NCBI GenBank assembly: GCA_020536535.1
Contig: JAHLWZ010000927.1
Location: forward strand, 1 to 45,246
Reading direction: 5' to 3'
DNA: 45,246 nt
DNA from: Pelomyxa schiedti
Taxonomy: Eukaryota; Protista; Evosea
Shown here in pieces: positions 23,801 to 34,429 of this stretch (the first letter of the stretch is position 1; each line of letters starts with the position of its first letter). The translations under genes were made by a program, and so were the position numbers. The notes under the pieces were generated by a model. The model searched no databases and had not been told where the DNA came from. It was given only the letters and a program-made list of their open reading frames with translations.

Positions 23801-24381
23801 CACCAAGGAAGTGCAGAACAAATAGCCGACTTTATGAGAGATCTGAGGCACTCACTCTCTCCCCTTGACGTTACCGGTTTCTTCCTTCCATCCCTTGTGG
23901 ACCCGCGAATTGAGCACACACATACAGAAGTGACTCGGCTTTGCAAGGAAACCGAAGGTGGGAATATTCCCATTGCAGAGTGCCTCATACGACGGAACAG
24001 AATGCTGGAGGCACTGAAATGTGAGCCCAAGTTTTGTGCCAACATCCACCCGACTTGCGTCCGGCTATTCTGCCTCGTCGTCGAGTCCTGCCTCTCCATT
24101 CTCGGTTTGTTTCCTCCCGGCCACGTCACATTTCTTCACGCACAATCTCGCCTGTTTCATGTTCCATTCAGTTAATGCACCAAAACCTGACATCACACAC
24201 AGAGTGCAACCGGCCGCCGTTCCGTGCAATTGAAAAGGAGATCATGACGTGTGCACAGCTCGTGTTTGGATCGTGGTATGACGACGATCACGTGGAATCT
24301 TGCGTCGCCCGCTGCCTCGCCGCAATGGTTGCATCGTTATCCCCTTCTCACCACGGCACCACAACCTTGTCATCGTCGTAG
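20897..24381 (+). CDS. Ankyrin-repeat - coiled coil - UBL-like - TKL kinase
   Basis: Ankyrin units (TALGAACQGGHVDVVRLLL, SPLCLACQGGH, TPLCAACGTG, NPLWHASKNNH) in ORF 20897-22228; later exons give AVKIIITRKYGVD…TDTNRTLSDL (UBL-like), GVGSYGTV, VAVK, HRDLSSNN, DFG, GTPVYVAPQ, DMWE; stop 24381. Exon joins at 22230-22520 are uncertain. Confidence 0.75.
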
Positions 24382-25770
24382 TCACAGTCACTTCTCAGCT
24401 TTCTGTAGTCTACATAGGAAATTGAGTTAACACGACCTGTGTAGTGCTGGAAAGATCCTGTGGCTGATATCCTCAGGGCACTGGGCTACTACGACACTCA
24501 GTTAATCCAGTTGTAAAGAAAAATTGAAGACTGATGAAAACAGAGTTTCTTCACTTACTAAAAAGGGTGCCGAGTGTATGTGCAACAGATGAGTAAATAA
24601 TTCAATTTTCTGGTACAGATTTGACAGTTCCCCTTTAAAAAAAAATTCGAAAATAAATCAGTTTTAATTTTTTTTCCTCTTCTTTTTGGACTTCGACCCA
24701 CTTCCTAACTGGAGTCTCCGCCGTTGTTGTGTTTGGTGAGAATGTGCCGGTCTCATCGGGTGCAGGTGATTTATGAAGACGCCCAAACGATCTTCCTGAA
24801 CCCTTCCATCCCCCATGAGAAAAGGACCAAATGTTATTTTACTGTGAAATGATCAGTCCGGCAACAGATCCAAAAAAAAATCGCATTTTGGGGGATTGAC
24901 GCGTTTGGTGCGGGTCGATGCAGGCACAACATCGAACAGCTGCGTACCACGCGAGAGTAAGCAGTTTGTGTCAGAGAGCAAGTTCCAAGAATCATCGGGG
25001 AACTTGGTTCGGGACATAGCCGGCCATTCACAGGAACGGCCGGAGCGTTCATTCTAATGGCCTTTCCTTGAATCACCCGCCGTTGTACCACAGAAAGATT
25101 GTAAATAGGAATAATAACAAAAATAATTCTTCTTGATAGACACCATATCTGGGTCAAAGGGCGGCTGTTTTTTGGCCTGTCAAGTTCCTGTAAAAACAGC
25201 CGCCCTTTTTTTTGGGCGGCTGTCCTATCAAAACCATGTGCAAAACAGCCACCCAAAGGGGCGGCTGTCTGAAGTACTTCAGGAAGGGGTGGGCATGAAA
25301 GGAAACTGTGTCCCCTTGTGGGCTAGACTATCAAAACAGCACAGGAGCGTGATTAATCGAAGGGTGTTTGTTCTGGCTGGAAAGTCACGGTTACAAACAA
25401 CAGTGTAGTACAACAATAGGGGGAAGTAAAAAGGGGCAGCAACAACAACAGTACTCTGCCTCAGTCTACAGCAACAGATTTGTCCAGTCTCCGTTTTTTC
25501 GAAAACGATCAGAAAAGGCTGTTGGTGTCGCTGTGGGTGTCGGCACCCACGTATGTGTAGGTGTCGAGCGGCGGTGTTGGGAACAACAGCAGCAACAACC
25601 AAGTGAAGGGGGTGAAGGTTTACCCAACAGCGCCGGCGCCCACGCCATCAGCTGTGCCACTGAGGCCTACAACGACGCCAGCCCCTCACCACCAGGGCTG
25701 ACCGGACTCCACGTAATACACCTGCACCTACGACGCCGACGCCGACGACGCCTACACCGCCTACACCTAC

Positions 25771-25876
25771 GCCAACACCACCAACACCACCAACACCACC
25801 AACACCGCCAACACCGCCAACACCGCCAACACCGCCAACACCGCCAACACCGCCAACACCGCCAACACCGCCAACA
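25771..25876. repeat. (CAACACCGC/CAACACCAC)n 9-mer tandem repeat
   Basis: Read directly. Confidence 0.9.
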
Positions 25877-25920
25877 ACACTGACACAAACACACTGAAGA
25901 ACACACAACACACAACACAC

Positions 25921-26028
25921 AACAAGAAACAAGAAACAAGAAATAAGAAACAAGAAACAAGAAACAAGAAACAAGAAACAAGAAACAAGAAACAAGAAAC
26001 AAGAAACAAGAAACAAGAAACAAGAAAC
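25921..26028. repeat. (AAGAAAC)n 7-mer tandem repeat, about 15 units
   Basis: Read directly. Confidence 0.95.
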
Positions 26029-26661
26029 AGAACCCACACTTAACCAGCACACAAACTCTCCCAACATTAATGCCATCCAAGATGCTCCTTTCTTCTCCTC
26101 CCTCCCCTCCACTCACCCCCCATCTCCTGCTTGGCACCAACAAACCAACAACACAAACAACTAATTGGAGATAAGTAATCAAAGAGAAAGGAAAGGTTGC
26201 ACAAGGATAATGCACTGTAACAATACAAAAATTTACCTTGCACTTGTTTGGTGTGAGGTGGAAGCTGTTTTTTCACAAGGGTCCACATATATTCTTCACA
26301 AAACAAAAAAAATTTTCCCCTTAGAACTACCAACTGTCCACCTTGTCTACATGTTGCAGACTCAAACCTGTTAAAAACATTGAAAAAACATGGCTTTTCC
26401 CCATTGGTAAAACAGCCGCCCGGCGGCTGTTTTAATTTTTTTTCCTTATTAAAACAGCCGCCGGGCGGCTGTTTTGAGGGGGCGGCTGGGTGGCTTTTTT
26501 TACAGGAAAGTGAGAGGGAAAAAAACAGCCGCCCTTTGACCCAGATATGCCCCTATCACGCACACAACTCAAATGGGAACGAGAGTCCTATCATTTGGTA
26601 TTAGCACGTCAAGCTAAACACCAAAAACTTTGTGCTAAGGTGCTGAAACAAACACAATTAG

Positions 26662-26840
26662 AAGACCAACATCTTTGAAAAGCCAGTTCTTCATGCACTG
26701 AGGTATGCCAATATTGTGGGATCAACAGCCAAAACCTTCACTGTTAAGAATATGAGAGCTTGGCTTAGAAAGTACAAAATGCCTGTTACTGGATGCAGAA
26801 CCCCTCTCATTAAAAGAATACGAGCTGTAGTTGTTGGATA
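26662..26840 (+). CDS. Terminal exon encoding a SAP-like DNA-binding motif (gene remnant inside the IR element)
   Basis: After acceptor caattag: KTNIFEKPVLHALRYANIVGSTAKTFTVKNMRAWLRKYKMPVTGCRTPLIKRIRAVVVG*, fitting the SAP consensus LTVxELKxxLxxxGLxxSGxKxxLIxRL. Confidence 0.6.
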
Positions 26841-27599
26841 AAAAATTTTTTCGTCTGATTCGGTGCGACAGAGTCGTCAGATCGAAACCGGGAACAGGCG
26901 ATTTTTTTTTTGGATCTGTTGCCGGACTGATCATTTCACAGTAAAATAACATTTGGTCCTTTTCTCATGGGGGACGGAAGGGTTCAGGAAGATCGTTTGG
27001 GCGTCTTCATAAATCACCTGCACCCGATGAGACCGGCACATTCTCACCAAACACAACAACGGCGGAGACTCCAGTTAGGAAGTGTGGCTCAATGAAAAAA
27101 AATAATTCCACAAAACTCACTGTCAACTCAAATCAGTGGCCGAGTTTCTGACAAAATTCCTTTTAAGGGAACTTTGGCACAAAATTATGTTTTCTTCTTC
27201 ACTTGGGACCTTAATAACTCGGAAAATAGAGCAGACCCTCAGGAAAAAAATCCTGGAAGTCATTAAACACATAGGAGAGAGTCCATCCCAGAGATAACAT
27301 ATGTTGGGTGGAACACTGCCGAGACTCAGGGTTGATTTATCAAATTATCAGAAATTCCTTGATTGAAAATGAAGATAATCGTTACGACAAAGCAACAAAT
27401 TTGTGGGAACGGCGAGCTGAGGCGGAGCTCTGGTCAGTGCTGTAATTTCCCCGGGATTTTTTCCCTTTCCCGGAGGGGAGAATTTGGGGAGGGAGGGGAG
27501 AATTCGGGGAGAATGACTCTCCTCAGTCTTTTTGATCATCACTCACTCAATCTTTTCAGTCTCAAACTTGCTGCGACAGCTGAAAAACGCGAAGTCAAA

Positions 27600-28737
27600 G
27601 CGCCCATCAGGATCAAAAAGAGTGTGCATTGGTTGAACCTATGGAGCCAGCTGCAGAGGATCCTGCATGTGTAAGTTGCTGCCTTTGTGGAGATGGAGGA
27701 GGAGGATTCTTTGCTGTTTCTGAGCACAGTGCCACCTGATATTGCATTCCAAAGAGCACAGTGTAGCTTCTTTCCCATTCACAGGGTTTGTGCAATAGCC
27801 ATCAACCAAAGATGTAATGTGTTTGCACCACATACAAGCTCGTTTCACCTTTGGCCAAGAACAAGTATCGTGGATGCATACCTGGGATGTTGTATTGGCT
27901 TCCATTTGAGGAGGAGCAAGTGCTTATTTAACTTCAAAAGTAATGAACAAACATAGTTGTAATGGTAAGCATTATTGAACAGAGCATAAAGAAGCATATC
28001 AAATGTGGCACACCAGTAATATAATGATCGATGGTCCTGACGGATTTGCACAATGATGTGTTTATTTTTGTCCTCAAAGTTATGCACTTTGTTATACCTT
28101 CACCAGGGTGCATTAATATCAAACCAAATAGAATAAAGATTACAAAGATATTGCGATACAGCACTGAACCTCTTTGTTTAGCTTTTCGATCCCAAACCAG
28201 ACGAGTAGTTCTTGTGGTTAAATTTGGGATATTTGTGAGGATGTTAATGATCTTCTTCTTTTGATTTGCTGCAACTTTGGCATAATATGAAAGAGCCATC
28301 AGGTGTGGTGCCTGTGAAAATCACTTATCAAACTTTGAGAGTGTGAATGTCATCTAGTACAGTTTGGTGTGATGGTTGTGTCAATTGTGTTTGCCCACCA
28401 TCTAGCAAAGTGTAAACTTAAAAACAAATAATTGACTTGTACTTTGGTTGGTGCCATCAACAAACACAGATGTAGTTGAAGATGTGGTTGACATTGGAAG
28501 AAAACCAGTGATGGAACCTGAAGAAACAAATGGTATCACAGGGGGAGCAAGGATGAGAGGAGGTGGTGGTTGGGTTGCTCCAAGAAGCCCCACAGTTTGA
28601 GGGGGTGGTTGAAAAAGCTGACTACTCAAGAGTAGGTTGGTTGTTTGAGACTGCACAGGTCGTACCCATTGGATATGAATGATTGGCATGGTTTTCACTG
28701 TCTCCGTATTTTTTAGGCCAGAGACAAGCAAGTGCAT
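27600..28737 (-). CDS. Probable multi-exon gene of unknown function (Pro/Ser-rich 5' part, Cys cluster at 3' end), possibly decayed
   Basis: Fragmentary ORFs with plausible splice sites; CMWCKH…C…CSLEC…HC near 27700-27840. Confidence 0.3.
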
Positions 28738-29143
28738 TTATTTACACAGCTGTCTGGTGTCGGTTATTGTCGTTAAGCAACATGGTAATATGTAAACCAT
28801 TGTGCATTCTAATCTGTGGCCTGCTGACGTCTCAGTGCCGTGCCGGAGGCGATGCGTAATTACGAAGACAAAGATCACTTTTTGATGGTTAGGGGAAGCA
28901 GCAAACGAACAATCAACCATCACTGTTTTTGGAAACGCTCGATAAATTGTCTGACTGAGATTGTTTGTAGATCTCCCCAAATTCTCCCCTCCCCAATCCC
29001 GGGGAGACTTTCGCCAAAGGGATACAACAGGACTGGCTCCGGTGGTTCAGGCACCAAGTTGGCCAATGATATGTGCCAACTTCGGCAACTTTTTGAGGCA
29101 AGTTTTTCCACATTTCACAGAATGACGAGGAAAACGCTCTGAA

Positions 29144-32100
29144 ATGGCAACCAATTCAGTGCCCGCAGACGAGTGGGAGGCGTCGCTGGTTTCTAGTCTC
29201 ACAGAGGACGAATTTGACCCAGAAGACGTGGACGCGGTGGTCCTGGCGTGGCGCTCGCTCCCGCCCACCAGCAGGACCGCCTCTGGCTTCCTCGCCAAAT
29301 TCCCCAATGCTGCTGCGCTGGTCTCCGCGTGTCCCAAGTTGCGCCTCCGAGACGCCCGAGTGGTTACGGAACGCGTGCGCGAATTGTGGGAGGCGAGCGG
29401 GTGGACCGGCGCGGTTTCAAGGGCCGCGGCGCGCCGTGGCTTCGACAGGGTGGTTTTGGGTCGGTTGTGCTCCGCGGTGGCTGAGAGGTTCGACTCTATA
29501 GACGCCTTCGCGTAAGTTGAATACAACTAAAATGGGACATATAAAAATTTAAATAAAATATAAAATTTTCGACATTATTGACGGTGATGTACCCCTTTTT
29601 ATTAAAACTCAAAAAGGTGCGCCATTGCACACCCTGAGCTGGAGGAATTTGGTGCTGTTGGAGCAGAGACTCTGAAAATAGCTCGTACTTTGGTGGCAAA
29701 GAAATCGCTGTCATCACTTTCTAACATATCACGGCTTCGTGAAGAGGCGGAGCAAAAAGTTGCAGAGATTAGGCATCTCTCCAAGGCTGTGACAGATATT
29801 CTCAAGCAGTATTTAGCTGCTTCCGAGTCTGATTCCCATAGCAGCAATTCTCGTCTAAAGGCTGTTATGCTGAAACATCTCAGCTCTGATCCTGCAGCTT
29901 CCCTTCCTGGACCCTCAAGTGAGGAGCTTGTGACTCTCCTGGTGATTGGCCAAACGAATTCCGGCAAGTCTCAGTTCATCAACTCCTTGCTGCAATGCAA
30001 CCTGCTACCTGTCTGGGCCATCTCATGCACAGTATGTATGACTGTCATAAAGTATGGTGTCCAAAAGAAATACCGTCTCGGAACCAGGGAGGCGTCTGGT
30101 TCTATGCAAATCTCTTGGGGGGAATTAGTGAATATACGTGAGACTGCTCCCTCCGGTGACTTCCTCCTGCCAGCAATTGGACGAGACACAAAGGGTGAAG
30201 TGGACCTTAGTGTTACTAACGTTATACTGGAGGTCTTTTGGCCACACCCTTTGTTGCAAGCTGGTGTGCAGCTTGTTGATTCACCAGGAATGCTTGAGTC
30301 ACCTGAGCTTGAGAAGATTGTTTTTGACTATGCGCAAGGGCAACGCCTGGGCGTGATATGCCTGTTTGATTTGGCCACTGGTGGCCTTCCTGCTCACAAG
30401 CACTTCATCACTAAGTTGAACTTGGACCCAGCAACAATCTTCTTTGTTGGAAATAAAGTGGATACAGTTCGGCCATATAATGGACCTATTGACCCTGTAG
30501 ATAAGTTGTTTCACTTCACACAACAAGTCCTCGAGCAGATGGGGGAGCGGTTATATGATAGCCCTGACAATTTCCCCCGGTTTTCTGCGTATTCATCTTT
30601 GGAAGCATACCTTCTCAGTCAAAGTTCTGGAGACCAGGTGGAACCCCTCAAAGAGCCTCAAGCCATATTCTCCTTCAACGCGAAACTGGTGGATTGGATC
30701 AAAGCACTGTTTAATCGCTCGCTAGTCGCTGTGACTTCGCAGCTTCTTGACGCAGTTTGCACCCTTTCATCTGTAAATCTCATTACGTGGAACTACGCCG
30801 AAATAGAGCCGAAATTGCGTGGATGCTGTAAAAACATGAAGCTGGACTTTGAGGCAATGCAAAAGTCCATGATACCGATACTGCAGGGGCATGTCGAGGG
30901 TTTTTGTGAACATGTGTCAAGTGCTGACTCAATAAGAAAGATCAGTGAAAAAGTTACCAATGAACAAAAACAGATTGGAATGCAGCTATTTTCTGATGTG
31001 GACGAAGTAAGTTCCATAGTGAGCTCAGTACTTACCAACTACACGAACGCACTTCAAATGATTACAGCAGATGTAGTGAGAGACCAGTTTTTTGAGTTTT
31101 CCAAAGACTTTTTCAACCTCTTTACTGAGCAGTGTCAAGCAGTTATTCAGAAGTACGAGACTCAGCTAACAACTTTAACATTAGATTTTATCTTTTCAGA
31201 AAAGAGCCACCGTAGATTCTATGGTGGTACAACAGTAGGGTTGATTGCTGCTTTTGAAGCACCTTTTATAGCAGCATTTGCCCTATTAAAAATGTACGTA
31301 TTAACTGTGGCAAAGGTCTTGAAAGTGGGTCATGGGAAACTTTCTGAAGTTCAGACACGTGAACTGATGGTGCAATATAAAGTCAACAAAGTGAAAAGCA
31401 CAATTGCGATGATCACATCAACCCTTTCCCAGGATGCCCTCGAGATGATGCGCAAGTCCTGTGAGAACTATATGGTTGGCTTAGAGGCCCAGATTGATTT
31501 CATCTTGGAATGCATTAAGGCCAAAAAAGTATCAAACCTGCAGGATAGTAACATCTACTTTGTTGGAGTGCAACTACTGTCAATGATTTGTTCCCTCAGG
31601 TCACTTTCACTGCAGTCTGGCCACCAGTTACTCCCAGAGAAACCAGACATTTTCCACGGATTGCTTTTTGACAACTCGGTTCCTCTTTACCCAACAGAGC
31701 AACATGTTGTTGTCAAGAACTTCACCTTTTCCATGCTTTGTGATACAAACCGTACCTGCATGCACTTGTTTCAACAGTGGGCACTGGACCACCCCAATAT
31801 TTTGAGGCCCTCTTTCTTTGCACTTTCTCCTGATAGATCTTCCTGTCAAGTGGCATTTCCCTTCCTTCCCTTCACCTTGGATGAGTACAGAAACACATTT
31901 TCCATAGAACCTCCTTATAGTTCTACAAGTCGTGTCCAACAAGCCTATGATATTTGTGATGCAGTTTACTTCTTGCACAAGCATGGCATAACACACAGAG
32001 ATATCAAACCACAAAATATAATGGTCAATATGCAAGGAACTCCATTTTTGATTGACTTTGGGTGTGCAAAACCGGTTGCACCCCAGAATCTTTCAACTTT

Positions 32101-33913
32101 TACTGGTACACCAGGGTACATAGCCCCAGAGGTGTATGATGGTCGATATGACAACCGTGTTGATGTTTATAGTCTTGGGAGGACACTAACGCAGTACGAA
32201 AACCCAAGTGCTGTGGTGACTCCACCATCTCCACTGAATGATTTGCTCAAGAAGATGTGTATCAGTAACCCTGATTTGCGACCAACTCTTATGGATGTGA
32301 AGACCCAATTAATTGACATTGGAAGGAGGCTGAGCTTGGCCAGACCAGATGGCAAATATAACATCTTAAGTCTTGATGGTGGAGGCATGAGAGGACTTGT
32401 TGAGATAGAAATGCTGATGATGATCGAGAAAGCAACGGGAAAGAAAATTTGGGAACTCTTCCATTTGATTTCAGGCACAAGCACTGGAGGGATTTTAGCA
32501 ATTGCAATTGGCTTGCTTCATGTGGACTTAAATACCCTTAAGCACTTGTATATGACCTTGGGCCCAAAAGTGTTTGGGCACGGGTTTAGCAAAGCACATA
32601 ACGCATTTTCCTTCATGTCATCTCTCAGCTTTCAGCAGTATTCAAGTTCAACTCTAAGGGCTTTACTGTCATTGCACCTTTCTGGCCACAAGTTTCTGGA
32701 CTTTCAGCATTGTATACCGAAAGTATTTGTTACCTCAACACAGATTACAAGCAACATATCAGATATGGTGCTCTTCAGATCTTACCCAATCCCTTTTTAT
32801 GAAGGGCGAAACACAAGTGCTCCACGTAGGTCTGCACCAAACTGCGAATTGATAGATGGAGCGATGGCAACTGCTTCTGCACCAACTTATTTTGAACCTG
32901 TTCACATTGAACAATGTCCCTATATCGATGGAGGCCTGCTTGCAAATAATCCCACACAGGAAGCAATAAATGAGGCAAAGTTGCTGTGGCCGAACGCTCA
33001 TTTAAATCTGTTGGTATCGCTGGGGACTGGAAAGACCACTCAAAACATAGCTGTACCAGCAGAGAAAAACATTTCTCTTTTCCAGCTGGCTGAATCACTT
33101 GTTTCCATAGTAACAGACCCGGAAAAGATACATAGGCAAATACAGCTACAAATGGCAGAAAAGCCAACAGTAACATATGTTCGCTTGAATCCTGAGCTGC
33201 CCATTGATCTTCTGAAGATGGATGAATCCGACAAGGGACACCTAAGACAGATAGTTTCATCTACAAATGTATTTCTGCAGGAATCTGCCGCAGCATTTGC
33301 TCACATTCTCTCTTGCCTTGGAGTTAGTCCTCCTCAAGACGCTCCAAAACCCATACACAAAGGTATCACGGAATGGCACCCACATATGGAATTCCTTTTT
33401 CTCCCAGAGACTTCATCCCAAGACCTACGTCAATGTGTTTCCCGGCACTGTGCACAAATGAACCAGTGCCCCTTTGCTCCAAACGACAACCCAGTTGACT
33501 CCTTGTTCCTCCTCATTACTCATGCCATTCGTTCGGATGGCAATGCCATGGACTTGAGCAAATCAGTGGCAAAGTGGTTTTTACGCAATACTCAGTTACC
33601 TCTTGCAACCGGCAAGTCTCTGGGTGAAAGCTGTTCAAAGTTTTGGAGCACCTGTACTGACGCAACTTTGCTCCTCAGACTAAGTGCGGAATCAATACCG
33701 CATATACTTCCGTGGCTGCTGTATGTTATCGCTAACATTCATCCACAGCTGTGCTTGGTACTTGTAGCTGCCGCGAGGCCGCAATGTGTCCGCTTCGGCA
33801 GTGGCAATGTTGTTGTATCCTTGGCTCTTGATTTTGAAAAGGAACAATCTGAGCCACCAACAGAGAACCCTGAGGATTCCCCTGCTTCACAGTCAGCTAC
33901 CGTGAAGGTGTGA
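29144..33913 (+). CDS. Dynamin-like GTPase - Ser/Thr kinase - patatin phospholipase fusion (1554 aa, single intron 29512-29616)
   Basis: Exons 29144-29511 and 29617-33913 join in phase. G1 GQTNSGKS (29948), G3 DSPG (30278), G4 NKVD (30452); kinase HRDIKPQN (31994), DFG (32054), GTPGYIAPE; patatin DGGGMRG (32375), GTSTG (32474), DGG (32927). Confidence 0.9.
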
Positions 33914-34429
33914 AATATGTTGCTGATCTCCCACTCAATCAAGATTTTTAGGAAACGACAAGTCATTCTCCACAGCTGGTGCTTCTCAGTAACGTGACCC
34001 TTTGATCCTGATTTAATCCTGCATACAGTTGCTTTTTGTCTCGGTTTTTAGTCTCTTTCCAGTAGGCTGTACCTCTGAAGGTTGTGCTTCACCTACACAC
34101 TCGGTACATACCACTCGGTTGGTGAGAGAACTTCATCGTTTTTTTTGAAAGGGAAACGGGTAGAGCGTTTTGACAACCACTAGGAGCGGAGGAAATCCTC
34201 CAACACCGAGTGCCCGTGCTTCCAAAAATCACATATTATTTTTTCACGTAGAGAACATGCACAAAATTCCGTGGTGGTGCCAGTATCTGTTGCCTTGTTG
34301 GAAAAGGGCTTATGCAAACCACAAGTTGGTTGGGCTTTTAAAAAGGGCACATCAGATCATCAGATAGCGTTCCTTTCTTAGAAAATTGATTGGCTCCGGT
34401 CACAGGTCATAAAAGAACATAAATCCACA

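Larger units (their letters stand above)
25139..26553. mobile_element. Non-autonomous MITE-like element nested in the above, TA target duplication
   Basis: CATATCTGGGTCAAAGGGCGGCTGTTTTTT (from 25144) is inverted at about 26520-26549; TA at 25137-38 and 26554-55 inside palindromic target TGA-TA-TCA; about 11 ACAGCCGCC-type subterminal motifs. Extreme termini imperfect. Confidence 0.7.
24699..27084. mobile_element. Element bounded by about 186-bp near-perfect inverted repeats (CAC…GTG ends), carrying a SAP-like exon and a nested insertion
   Basis: 24699-24884 is the reverse complement of 26898-27084 (one substitution, one A-run length difference). No target-site duplication found. Confidence 0.65.

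Noticed and set aside
25771-26028. Regular repeats considered as a CRISPR-like array
   Set aside because: Head-to-tail units with no unique spacers, no cas genes, eukaryotic context.
25648-26215. Long ORFs with CWRCWR, VSCFLFL or GGV repeats
   Set aside because: Translation artefacts of the 9-mer and 7-mer tandem repeats.
24627-27173. CCCC-TTTAA and TTAA-GGG motifs as piggyBac or Kolobok ends
   Set aside because: Orientation is wrong for one element spanning the interval; kept only as a possible degenerate extension of the IR.
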